Virus record (IMG/VR): IMGVR_UViG_3300009610_000028 | Coordinates: 19,415 to 83,414 of that record | DNA length: 64,000 nucleotides | Reading direction: 5' to 3' (one strand) | Origin: a virus | In this document: positions 1 to 8,420 of the stretch, piece after piece | Position numbering within the stretch: position 1 is the first letter of the stretch | How the letters are laid out: each line of letters starts with the position of its first letter | Translations under genes and position numbers: made by a program | The notes under the pieces: generated by a model | What the model was told of the DNA's origin: nothing | The model's database searches: none | What the model saw: only the letters and a program-made list of their open reading frames with translations

Positions 1-201
1 CTTCCACGTTGGTGCAAGTGCGGCAAGCCTATCAAGTTTGTTGACGAGCTTCGTTGCGAAGATTGCTTCGCGGACGACTCGCAGAAATATACAGGCAAGA
101 GTAACCGCGTGCAGACCACCAGTTGGCCGCCGGACACAGATCGTAAGTCTTCCAGTCCTCTTGGCCGGAGCAAACCCAATGTTCAAGTTCCGGCCTGTTG
201 A
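1..201 (+). CDS. Partial small Cys-rich (zinc-ribbon-like) protein, 5'-truncated
   Basis: Frame 1 is open from the window edge (LPRWCKCGKP...RCEDCF) to TGA at 199-201. Not in the ORF track. Confidence 0.5.
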   Translation, partial: LPRWCKCGKPIKFVDELRCEDCFADDSQKYTGKSNRVQTTSWPPDTDRKSSSPLGRSKPNVQVPAC

Positions 202-772
202 TGTTCCTGAATTCAAAGCCGGAGACATTCTCGGCTTCTCAGGCCACGCACTACTTAGTGCCTGGATCAACCTAATGACCTATGGTGTTCCCTTTTGGGG
301 ATTGAGTCATTGCGGCATTATCGCCGAGCATCAAGGACGACTGGTCCTCTTTGAGTCATGTGCCGAAACTCCTGACCCCTGCATCGTTCAAGAGAAGTTG
401 GTCAGTGGATCGCAGGCACATGACATAGGCCAAGCCGTCGCGAGTTATCCCGGCAAGGTCTGGCACTATCCGCTGTACCGTAAGCTTTATGACTTCGAGT
501 CAAAGCGGCTGTCTAAGTTCCTGCGTGGAAGTTTGGGCATGCCATACGACACGATTGGCGCGTTTCGTGCCACTGGTGTCGGGTTCTCGACGCTTGAGTC
601 AATGCTTCGTCCGGCGGACCTGAGCAGCTTGTTCTGCTCGGAATGGTGTTGTGCGGCGCACAGTGACATCGGAGTCTTTCCGACCGATCACTCCGGCCGT
701 TACAGCCCCAATCGTTTTGTAAGGACAGAACGCCGACACGGCATCTTGCTCAAGCCCACGAGGTTGAAATGA
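179..772 (+). CDS. Permuted papain-like (YiiX/YebB, NlpC/P60 superfamily) cysteine hydrolase
   Basis: GDILGF, SHCGI, PYD and LFCSE motifs in permuted His-before-Cys order. GGAG precedes ATG 179. Confidence 0.8.
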   Translation: MFKFRPVDVPEFKAGDILGFSGHALLSAWINLMTYGVPFWGLSHCGIIAEHQGRLVLFESCAETPDPCIVQEKLVSGSQAHDIGQAVASYPGKVWHYPLYRKLYDFESKRLSKFLRGSLGMPYDTIGAFRATGVGFSTLESMLRPADLSSLFCSEWCCAAHSDIGVFPTDHSGRYSPNRFVRTERRHGILLKPTRLK

Positions 773-1368
773 AACAAATTCTAGCGGCTGCTTTGCTGTC
801 GCTTGTGATGTTGGCTGGTTGTGGACACGTCGCGATTGACTATGGCGGACCAATAAAGGGTGTAACCCCGGTCGTCAGGAAAGAGTATCCGACTGTCAAC
901 CTGCCACTTAACCTTCGCCAGCCGAATTGGCTTGGTAACAAACGTGAAGGTTCCTGCGTGCATGCCACTGTGGTCATGCTGTTCCGCTGGCAAGGCCGTT
1001 ATGCAATGGCCAACCACTGGCGAAACACTTATGGCAACGGAGAAGTTGCTGATGAGACGTGGGATGCAAGGGATAGCCTGGCAAAGAAATTTGATCGTGA
1101 AGGAGTCCGCTACGCCTATACCATTAAAGGTGACGTAGCGTTCCTCGAATGGGCTTGCTCGACACGTCGCGGTTGCGGCGTCACTGTCATGGGCGGCAAG
1201 CACATGGTTGCTCTAGTTCACTTCGACAACGAGTGGGCCGGCATCCTCGACAACAATGACATTGACACCATCACTTGGGTCGCCCGTGAGACCTTCGTGG
1301 CTGAATGGCAGAACAGCAACGGCTGGGCGGTGACGCCTGTTTATACGCCGGCCCCACCCCTGCCGTAA
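769..1368 (+). CDS. Lipoprotein with C39-like cysteine peptidase domain
   Basis: Signal peptide with lipobox LAGC. GSCVHA, HMVALV and ILDNN give a Cys-His-Asp arrangement. Confidence 0.7.
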   Translation: MKQILAAALLSLVMLAGCGHVAIDYGGPIKGVTPVVRKEYPTVNLPLNLRQPNWLGNKREGSCVHATVVMLFRWQGRYAMANHWRNTYGNGEVADETWDARDSLAKKFDREGVRYAYTIKGDVAFLEWACSTRRGCGVTVMGGKHMVALVHFDNEWAGILDNNDIDTITWVARETFVAEWQNSNGWAVTPVYTPAPPLP

Positions 1369-1382
1369 TGAAAGAGGAAAAC

Positions 1383-2030
1383 ATGCTCCGTCACCTGTTG
1401 GCGGTCGCCCTTTTGGTGGCCGCGATGTGTTCGCCGGTCGCTGCGCAGACTGCTATGAAAGCAGATGCTGCGTATGGCGTCCGCTATGTCGAAGAGAGGG
1501 TCGTCGAACTGCCTGGCGATCAACTCAAACCTTATCTCACAGTCTTTGGTGAGAAGGGTGATCCAAAGATGGCAGCGATGGTTAAGTGGTTTGAGACCAA
1601 CGATACCCTCAAGGGAATCAAGGACCAAACGCACTTCCTGGTGATGTACACGGACGATCCGATGTATCACCGCTACGCTGGCAACGTGCCTGCGTTGCCG
1701 TATGTGTGCCTACAAGCCGTGAACGTTGAGAAGCCAATTGCGGAATACGCCGGCTCTCAAGTTCCCATGACGGCCGACGCTCTGGCTAGGGGTCTTAACG
1801 TGACCGCCAGTAAAGCCGAGTGCTTCCGACGCCGGAATCAAGTGCAGCCTCAGCCTGGCCCTGGACCTGGACCATACATTGATCCAGCCCCGCAGCCGCT
1901 GCCGCCTACGCCTGGTCCCCCGTCTCGTCCCACGCCCCGCTTCCCTTGGTTCTTGCTCATCCTGATCGTGACTTTGAGTGCCGCTGGTGGCGCGGGTCGC
2001 GAGTGGTACAAGACCTACTACTCGAAATAA
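1383..2030 (+). CDS. Secreted protein with Pro-rich linker and C-terminal membrane anchor
   Basis: Signal peptide (MLRHLLAVALL...VAA), QPQPGPGPGP linker, hydrophobic FPWFLLILIV segment. GAGG RBS. Confidence 0.75.
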   Translation: MLRHLLAVALLVAAMCSPVAAQTAMKADAAYGVRYVEERVVELPGDQLKPYLTVFGEKGDPKMAAMVKWFETNDTLKGIKDQTHFLVMYTDDPMYHRYAGNVPALPYVCLQAVNVEKPIAEYAGSQVPMTADALARGLNVTASKAECFRRRNQVQPQPGPGPGPYIDPAPQPLPPTPGPPSRPTPRFPWFLLILIVTLSAAGGAGREWYKTYYSK

Positions 2031-2043
2031 GTCGGAGACAACA

Positions 2044-2427
2044 ATGTTCGTTCTGTCTGGTTCTACCCTGGCCATCCTTGTGTTGGGTGGCGTCTGTGCG
2101 TTCCTCGCCGGCAAATGGCTGTTCACCAAGGACAGCGAGGCCGAGGCCCGCAAGCGTGCCGCGATCAAGGTTGCGAGCACGATGGAAGCGATGGGCCTGG
2201 TTCGCCTGCCCAAGCTGCTTGAGTGCTACGCCGTCAATGACTGGAGTGGCCTGGCTCACGAGATCAAGCTTATGGCTGAACTCGCCGTCAACGAGAAAGC
2301 TCTGCTCGCAGAGTTTGACGTGACGTTCTCTCGCGTTCTCGACATGAAGCTTCGCTCGGAAGAGGGTCGCGCTCTGCTCGCCGCGAAGCTCGCCGCCACT
2401 GCCGCGCCCACGCCGGCTGTCGCCTAA
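2044..2427 (+). CDS. Membrane protein (one N-terminal TM helix)
   Basis: GGAG RBS, hydrophobic LAILVLGGVCAFLAG, then a helical soluble part. Confidence 0.75.
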   Translation: MFVLSGSTLAILVLGGVCAFLAGKWLFTKDSEAEARKRAAIKVASTMEAMGLVRLPKLLECYAVNDWSGLAHEIKLMAELAVNEKALLAEFDVTFSRVLDMKLRSEEGRALLAAKLAATAAPTPAVA

Positions 2428-2753
2428 TGCGAGCCTTACTGGCCGCATTTCTGTTCGCGATTCTGATTGCAGGTTGTGAGGTTCAATCCTCATCTTCTCC
2501 ATCGCTGGTCGCTGTTACCGCGACATGGTGCGAACCCTGCCAACGCGACAAACCAAAGCTCGTGGAAGTCAGTCAAGAGTTTCCTGTAACCGTGCTTGAC
2601 TTTGACCAACAGCGAGCGGATGCCGACCGCCTCGGTGTCTCAAGTGTGCCTACCTACGTCGTCTATGACGCCAACGGTAAGGAAGTGCAACGGTTCGACA
2701 ACTTGAAGCGTGCCATTTGGCTGCTTCGCAAGTTGTATCAATTGAGCAATTGA
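2427..2753 (+). CDS. Thioredoxin-family lipoprotein
   Basis: Lipobox IAGC, WCEPC active site, SVPT cis-Pro loop. Confidence 0.88.
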   Translation: MRALLAAFLFAILIAGCEVQSSSSPSLVAVTATWCEPCQRDKPKLVEVSQEFPVTVLDFDQQRADADRLGVSSVPTYVVYDANGKEVQRFDNLKRAIWLLRKLYQLSN

Positions 2754-2755
2754 TC

Positions 2756-2809
2756 GGTGGCCCTCATTAGAGGGCCGCTTCGTTCACCTACTGAGAGTGA
2801 ACGAAGCGG
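2756..2809 (+). promoter_or_regulatory. Two overlapping hairpins upstream of a small ORF
   Basis: GGTGGCCCTC/GAGGGCCGCT (2756-2779) and a perfect 13-bp CCGCTTCGTTCAC/GTGAACGAAGCGG (2775-2809). Confidence 0.55.
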
Positions 2810-2820
2810 AGGTTAAGGAA

Positions 2821-2946
2821 ATGGATTACTACGACAAGGTAATGATGCTCATCTTTGCTCTGAGTTGCTTATACGCAGCCGTCCGCATCGCTGAGATAAA
2901 CGTCACTGCCTCGTCGCCTAACCGCCGGACCAAGAAGGAAACCTAA
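2821..2946 (+). CDS. Small membrane peptide (41 aa)
   Basis: GGAGGT RBS. MDYYDKVMMLIFALSCLYAAV...RRTKKET. Below the track cut-off. Confidence 0.55.
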   Translation: MDYYDKVMMLIFALSCLYAAVRIAEINVTASSPNRRTKKET

Positions 2947-3546
2947 ATGACAGTACGCAACCCTCGCAGGTGCCGCCGCAACTGTCCAGAGGAAGCTCCT
3001 AAGCCGGGAATTGCACCAGCGCGTCCAGCGCAGTCACTGTCTGTGACTTCCAAATCGGAAGGTGATCGGATTTGGAGGCACGCGCTTTACGGTACGGGCA
3101 CGTGCATCGGAATGATCGAAGGCTATGCCCAAATGGGTATGCCTGGCGATCCTTTGGACACCATCAACGAATTTGTTAGGCGGCTCGTATCGGTCGCTGC
3201 TCACATAAAGGCCAAGAGAAATGAAAGTACGGATGCCCAGAGCGGACAACTTCCCGCTCGTGAAGATCACAGCCAAGGGTCTGAACTGGTCGAGCGAGAT
3301 GCTCCTGGATCAGACGCACAAGGAATGCGACATCCCGCTCCCAACAGGGACGGACGAGAACGACGTGGAAGTGACCGCGACGTTCTGCAACGGTCGGGGA
3401 CAGACGGTGGAAGATTGCGGAGTGCTGAAAGCACGAGTCGAGAAACCGAAACCGGCCCCAAAGAAAGCCGAGCCGAAACCGGAACCAAAGGTGGAAGCAA
3501 AGGCCGAAGCAAAGCCGGAAGCAAAGTCAGCGCCGGCGAAGAGTGA
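2947..3546 (+). CDS. Hypothetical protein; C-terminal half overlaps the next gene
   Basis: AAGGA RBS. The first ~90 aa fill an otherwise empty gap; the rest is low-complexity overlap. Confidence 0.5.
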   Translation: MTVRNPRRCRRNCPEEAPKPGIAPARPAQSLSVTSKSEGDRIWRHALYGTGTCIGMIEGYAQMGMPGDPLDTINEFVRRLVSVAAHIKAKRNESTDAQSGQLPAREDHSQGSELVERDAPGSDAQGMRHPAPNRDGRERRGSDRDVLQRSGTDGGRLRSAESTSRETETGPKESRAETGTKGGSKGRSKAGSKVSAGEE

Positions 3547-3559
3547 GTCAGTCGAATAA
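3221..3559 (+). CDS. Hypothetical protein with K/P/E/A-rich tail
   Basis: Globular-looking N-terminus, KPKPAPKKAEPKPE tail, followed by a terminator. Confidence 0.65.
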   Translation: MKVRMPRADNFPLVKITAKGLNWSSEMLLDQTHKECDIPLPTGTDENDVEVTATFCNGRGQTVEDCGVLKARVEKPKPAPKKAEPKPEPKVEAKAEAKPEAKSAPAKSESVE

Positions 3560-3564
3560 CTTCT

Positions 3565-3607
3565 GCGGGCCTTCTATGCCCGCGCCGCCGATCTGCGGCT
3601 TTCTTTC
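3565..3607 (+). terminator. Tandem hairpins, the second a Rho-independent terminator
   Basis: GCGGGC/GCCCGC, then GCCGC/GCGGC followed by TTTTCTTT. Confidence 0.6.
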
Positions 3608-3627
3608 AGCGATCCAAGGAGCCGTAG

Positions 3628-4089
3628 ATGGCCAATCTCGTTTACAACAGGTTCAAGAAAAACATCGCTGACGGCACGATTGACTTCGATGCCGCCGGCA
3701 CAGTCGTGCGGTGCTTGCTCGAACGCAGCACTTCCACCTATTCGCCGAACGCCGACGATGACTTCGTTGGTGATCTGACCGGGCTGGTGGAGATCACGGT
3801 CGCCAGCTATGCCCGCCAGACTGTTGCCAGCAAGGCGGTCAACCAAGACGACACGAATGATCGAGCGGAACTCGATTTCGATGACCTTGCCTTTGGCAAC
3901 CTCGAATCAGGTCAGACCGTCAAAGCTCTGATCTTCTACGTCCAGACCGGCGGCAGTGATGCCACGCCGAACGACGACATTCTGATCGCCCGCGTTGATA
4001 CCGACGCTGGAGCGATTCTTCCCGTGGCCCTGGCCGGCGGCGCGTTCAACGTCGCAGTGAATGCCGAAGGCTTCCTCCAACTCACGTAA
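3628..4089 (+). CDS. Virion structural protein (candidate fibre/filament subunit)
   Basis: AAGGAG RBS. MAN start, A/D/G/T-rich beta protein typical of phage structural proteins (YARQT motif). Confidence 0.7.
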   Translation: MANLVYNRFKKNIADGTIDFDAAGTVVRCLLERSTSTYSPNADDDFVGDLTGLVEITVASYARQTVASKAVNQDDTNDRAELDFDDLAFGNLESGQTVKALIFYVQTGGSDATPNDDILIARVDTDAGAILPVALAGGAFNVAVNAEGFLQLT

Positions 4090-4094
4090 ACAAC

Positions 4095-4610
4095 ATGGCT
4101 TTCTTTGCAGTCTTTGATCGGGTTAGTCCCAATCTGAACAAGTACATGGCGACGTTGTTCAACACGTCGGCCACACGCAAGGTTGTCGTCAATCGCATCT
4201 ACCGCTTCGATTGGCAAGTGCAAGCGGCGACTGGTGTGCAACTTGAGCAAGAGTTGCGGGGCATTACTGCCCGCAGCGGCGGTAACGCCGTGACGATTGT
4301 GTCCGAAGACCCTAACGATTCGTTGAGCGCCGGCATTACCGCCGAGCATGGTTCAACTGGTGTTACGGAAGGCGGACACGGACTTGTGCGACGGCTGTTT
4401 GCAACCAGTGAGGAAGTGGCGCTTGCTGCTTCAATCACACCGCCCTTTGTGTTGGGCCATGACAGCGATGCGCAACTCATCTACCAGCGCAGTGCAAACT
4501 CCAGCGGTCTCGTACTACGCGAGAACGACGGACTCACAATCAAGAATCTGACCAACAGCAACGTCGGCACTGTTAGCTACGTGTTCGAGTTTGAAGATCA
4601 GCCGGCGTAA
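4095..4610 (+). CDS. Virion structural protein, paralogue of the next gene
   Basis: Shares LFN and GxVLRxNxGL motifs and the C-terminal FxxE/FED end with 4623..5267. Confidence 0.65.
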   Translation: MAFFAVFDRVSPNLNKYMATLFNTSATRKVVVNRIYRFDWQVQAATGVQLEQELRGITARSGGNAVTIVSEDPNDSLSAGITAEHGSTGVTEGGHGLVRRLFATSEEVALAASITPPFVLGHDSDAQLIYQRSANSSGLVLRENDGLTIKNLTNSNVGTVSYVFEFEDQPA

Positions 4611-4622
4611 AGAAGGTGACTC

Positions 4623-5267
4623 ATGGCTCTGGCAGGTGATTCAATCCTGGTGACTCCAGGTTCTGGTGCAACGGTTGCGACCCATACCGTTTCGTCCAAG
4701 GAACATCAGGTAGTGATGTTCGCCGATCAGACCGGCCACATCTGGGGTTCCAAGCCGCTCTACTACTTTCGTGTTCCGTTTCAGGTTCACGTCGGCGCTG
4801 CCAATACGAAGCATTGGGATTTGTTCAATGCTGACGCCTCACTAATCGTGCGCGTAGTCAGCACCATAATGATTCCTGACACGGTTACAGCCGTGACAGG
4901 GCAAATGTTTGATTGGAACATGTCTCGCACTACGGCAGTCGGCACAGGCGGCACTGCGCTAACAGCATGGTTGCCAGATTTGAATCAGACCGCCTTGGAC
5001 GCGGACATTACCTGCCGCGCCAAACCAACAGGCGGTGCAACGAATTCTACCATTTTGACGCAATGGCAGATGAATTCAGAAGAAACCAATACCAACTCAC
5101 AGCTAGTGGCTTCATTAGGCGGCTATGAGGCAATGCCAGAACCATTACGACCTGTGAATGGCGGGCAGGGCATTGTCCTTCGTCAAAATCAGGGTTTGGA
5201 AATGCTGCAAGTCACTGCGGCCTCTGCGGGAAACAGTGCTTTCTTGATTGGATTTACTGTGGAGTAA
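4623..5267 (+). CDS. Virion structural protein
   Basis: T/A/G-rich, paralogous to 4095..4610 with an extra N-terminal segment. Confidence 0.65.
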   Translation: MALAGDSILVTPGSGATVATHTVSSKEHQVVMFADQTGHIWGSKPLYYFRVPFQVHVGAANTKHWDLFNADASLIVRVVSTIMIPDTVTAVTGQMFDWNMSRTTAVGTGGTALTAWLPDLNQTALDADITCRAKPTGGATNSTILTQWQMNSEETNTNSQLVASLGGYEAMPEPLRPVNGGQGIVLRQNQGLEMLQVTAASAGNSAFLIGFTVE

Positions 5268-5273
5268 CCTCGT

Positions 5274-6392
5274 GTGTCGCTACTCCTACTACTCAATCAG
5301 ATACCGCCGACCAATGTCTCGCTGAATGCAGTTTCGGCAGCGTGGTCAACAGTAGCGCCAACAGTCCGACGCGGAACGTCTCTCTCGCTTAGCCCGCTCA
5401 GTCGGACAATCTCAGTCGTCACTCCTACCATCACGGTAGGACGCTCGCTAAGCCTCTCACCGATTAGTCGCACGATCTCGGTTGTCGCTCCGACAGTCCG
5501 AGTTGGGACATCGCTTGCGTTGACTCCTGTCACCGCTGCCTGGTCTGTTGTCGCCCCGACCGTCTCAGCCAACACGCAAGTCTCGTTTGCTCCGCTAGTC
5601 GTCTCGACGCAGGCGGTTGCACCGAGCATCACGGTTGGAACCACGCTCGCACCTAATGTGCTGGTTGTGGCCTCTTCGCTCACTCAGCCTACGATCACTC
5701 GCGGCATCAACCTTACGTTGACACCGCTTGTCGTTCAGGCAACGTCTGTCGCGACTACGATCACTCGCGGCGTTGAAGTGACGTTGACCCCGGCTGATGC
5801 TCACTGGTCGGTGGTTGCTCCTGCGGTCACGAGTGGAACAACGCTTAGCCTGGCACCGCTGGTTGTGGCGACAAGCATCGTTGCTCCTGCGATTACGTTC
5901 GCCACGGATCACAACGTATCGCTTGCTCCGCTTGTTGTCAGTGTGACTTCGGTCGCACCAACAATCACAGTCGGACGCACACTTCAACTCAGTCCGCTTA
6001 GTGTTGCATTCTCTAGTCCACTGCCTAGCATCACGCGGGGTGTGGCTCTCGCGCTTTCACCAGCGGTCATCAGTTCGGCGATTATCGCGCCAGCGATTAG
6101 TCGCGGTGTATCTGCGACACTCACGCCGCTCGTACTGACGTTCACGCCAGTCGCTGTCACTCTTGGTGACATCACGACAATCGTCCTCAATCCGCTCGTC
6201 GTATCAATGACGTTCGGTTTGCCGTTGCTCACCGTAGAAGCCGGCGTTCACCCCTTCTTCTTTGAGTTTCTCCGCTCTGTGAACGTCGAGTTTCCGAAAC
6301 GTCGAAGGAATCGGTTTGTGATGCCAATCGTGAACCAGTATCCAATCGCGTTTGTGTTCGACCGGCAGGAACGATTGAAACTGGAGAGTTAA
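5274..6392 (+). CDS. Repeat-rich virion protein (about 14 x 22-aa repeats)
   Basis: Repeat consensus TSLSLxPLxVxxSVVAPTITxG through most of the protein. Confidence 0.8.
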   Translation: MSLLLLLNQIPPTNVSLNAVSAAWSTVAPTVRRGTSLSLSPLSRTISVVTPTITVGRSLSLSPISRTISVVAPTVRVGTSLALTPVTAAWSVVAPTVSANTQVSFAPLVVSTQAVAPSITVGTTLAPNVLVVASSLTQPTITRGINLTLTPLVVQATSVATTITRGVEVTLTPADAHWSVVAPAVTSGTTLSLAPLVVATSIVAPAITFATDHNVSLAPLVVSVTSVAPTITVGRTLQLSPLSVAFSSPLPSITRGVALALSPAVISSAIIAPAISRGVSATLTPLVLTFTPVAVTLGDITTIVLNPLVVSMTFGLPLLTVEAGVHPFFFEFLRSVNVEFPKRRRNRFVMPIVNQYPIAFVFDRQERLKLES

Positions 6393-6393
6393 T

Positions 6394-6702
6394 ATGGCCG
6401 GTCAAATTCATCAGTTCGACATTGGTACTGAGTTCATCTTTGAGTTCAGAGACCAAGACGCCATTCTCCCTCTCGATGACGCCACTCTGATCGAAGTCAT
6501 CTTTCGCAAACCGGGTGCTCCGAACGTCACTAAGGAACCAACCTTGGTGACAGATGGTTCCGATGGATTGGCCCGCTACATCGCCCTCGAAAATGATCTC
6601 GATGTAACCGGCAAGTGGCGAGCACAGGGTCACGTCATTAAACCTTCCGGCGAGTGGCACTCTACAGAAGCCGAGTTCACGGTCTATCCGAACTTGGATT
6701 AA
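6394..6702 (+). CDS. BppU-N-like Ig-fold adaptor protein
   Basis: DIGT, FRKP, DG..RY, DLDVTGKW.Q and FTVY pattern of small phage adaptor domains. Confidence 0.6.
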   Translation: MAGQIHQFDIGTEFIFEFRDQDAILPLDDATLIEVIFRKPGAPNVTKEPTLVTDGSDGLARYIALENDLDVTGKWRAQGHVIKPSGEWHSTEAEFTVYPNLD

Positions 6703-6711
6703 CGGTGGTCG

Positions 6712-6743
6712 AAAGATCGCCACTCTCAGGCCGGTGATCTTTT
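6712..6743 (+). terminator. Hairpin/terminator abutting the terminase start codon
   Basis: AAAGATCGCC/GGTGATCTTT stem ending one base before ATG 6744. No SD visible. Confidence 0.5.
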
Positions 6744-8420
6744 ATGAGTTCGATTTACGACGAGCTACGCGCGTCAATCGCGGACGGTCTCAAGAACCGT
6801 ACATTGACAAGCTGCTCACGATGGGCTGCTCGTCGCAGAATCATGGGCGGCGAATTCGCCGGACCATATTCGGATTGTAAGCATCCGTGGGTCAGAGAGA
6901 TGCACGACAGTTGGGCACCGTTCAACTGGGTAATGAAGGGCGCACAAGTCGGATGCACCGAAGTCGCCATCAACCGAGCGCTCTACACGATTGACAAGCT
7001 GCACCGGGACGTGATGTACGTCCTGCCCACCACGAAGAACGCCAGCAAGTTCAGCAAGGGTCGTTTTGGTACTGCTCTTGCTCTGAGTCCCTATCTCAAG
7101 GGTCTCTTCACTGACACGAACTCGGTGGACCTCAAGCAGGCCGGGGCCAACTGTCTCTACATCAGTGGCTCACGAGGCGACAGCAACCTCAAGTCGGTGC
7201 CTGTCTCCGAACTCGTTCTCGACGAGTTGGACGAAATGGACAAGTGGGCGATCAGTCTAGCGCTGACTCGTCTTCAAGGTCATACCGAGAAGCACGTCTT
7301 CGGTCTCTCGACTCCCACCATTCCTAATCGTGGCATCCACGAGCAGTTCAAGAATAGCACCCAAGAACATTTTGTGTTCCCGTGCCCAAGCTGCTCGCGG
7401 CAAATCCACCTAACGTGGCCAGACAACATTGAAATCCTCGGCGAAAGCCTGATCGACCCGAAAATCAAAGACTCCTATCTCAAGTGCCATCTCTGCAATG
7501 CTCGTCTTGAGCATCTCGACAAGCCTAACTTTCTAAAGCATGCGACATGGGTCTCCATGAATCCCAACGGGATCAAGGAGCACCGAGGCTTCCACGTCTC
7601 GCAGATGTACAGCTTCACGATGAGTCCTGCGGAACTCGTCTATTTCTACTTCAAAGGCTTCGGCAGCGAGTGGGACGCCAAACAGTTCCACAATTCGCAG
7701 CTAGGCGTGCCATTCATCAGTGACGGAGCACAAGTCACTGACGAGATGATCGACCGTTCTATTCGTAACCATACGAAGAACGATGACCGACCAGTGGTTG
7801 GCGGTGAGAAGATCATCACGATGGGCGTGGATCAAGGCGACTGGAGCTACTACGAAATCTGCGAGTGGACGATTGAGAGCTTCGGCCTCGATCTGAATGC
7901 AACGTCGCAATGCAAAGTGATTTGCGAAGGCAAGTTCTGGCGAGAAGACTTCGACCGTGAACTCAATCGACTAATGCGTGAGTGGCAAGTCCTCACGTGC
8001 GTCATCGACGCTGACCCCTTCGGCCTTGAAGCTCGACGATTCGCTCGTCGCTTCCCTGGCCACGTCTATCTCTGCCGCTATCGCAGCGGAGTGACGGCAC
8101 GGGAGATCGCGATCACCGATGACGAAGACGGCGCACCGATCATCACAGTGGATCGCTCCAACTGGATGAGTGCGGCTTTGGGACGGTTCAAAAACAACCC
8201 GTCTCGGATTTGGTTACCCGCTGATGTGTCGCATGAATACCGCGAGCACGTCAAGAACCTCGTCGGCACGTACAAGCAAGACGAGGAGTTCGGCAATCCG
8301 GTCTATGTCTATGAAGACATCGGACCAGATCACTTCGGACATGCCCGCTGCTATGCGGAGATCGCGTTGCCGCTGGTGGCAGTGCAAATGACCAACAAGG
8401 ATGTCAAGGCGTTCCTATGA
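6744..8420 (+). CDS. terL: Terminase large subunit (lambda GpA family)
   Basis: KGAQVGCTE Walker A, LVLDELD Walker B, STPT motif, CPSC/CHLC zinc pair, MGVDQG nuclease motif, C-terminal DHFGHA. Confidence 0.93.
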   Translation: MSSIYDELRASIADGLKNRTLTSCSRWAARRRIMGGEFAGPYSDCKHPWVREMHDSWAPFNWVMKGAQVGCTEVAINRALYTIDKLHRDVMYVLPTTKNASKFSKGRFGTALALSPYLKGLFTDTNSVDLKQAGANCLYISGSRGDSNLKSVPVSELVLDELDEMDKWAISLALTRLQGHTEKHVFGLSTPTIPNRGIHEQFKNSTQEHFVFPCPSCSRQIHLTWPDNIEILGESLIDPKIKDSYLKCHLCNARLEHLDKPNFLKHATWVSMNPNGIKEHRGFHVSQMYSFTMSPAELVYFYFKGFGSEWDAKQFHNSQLGVPFISDGAQVTDEMIDRSIRNHTKNDDRPVVGGEKIITMGVDQGDWSYYEICEWTIESFGLDLNATSQCKVICEGKFWREDFDRELNRLMREWQVLTCVIDADPFGLEARRFARRFPGHVYLCRYRSGVTAREIAITDDEDGAPIITVDRSNWMSAALGRFKNNPSRIWLPADVSHEYREHVKNLVGTYKQDEEFGNPVYVYEDIGPDHFGHARCYAEIALPLVAVQMTNKDVKAFL

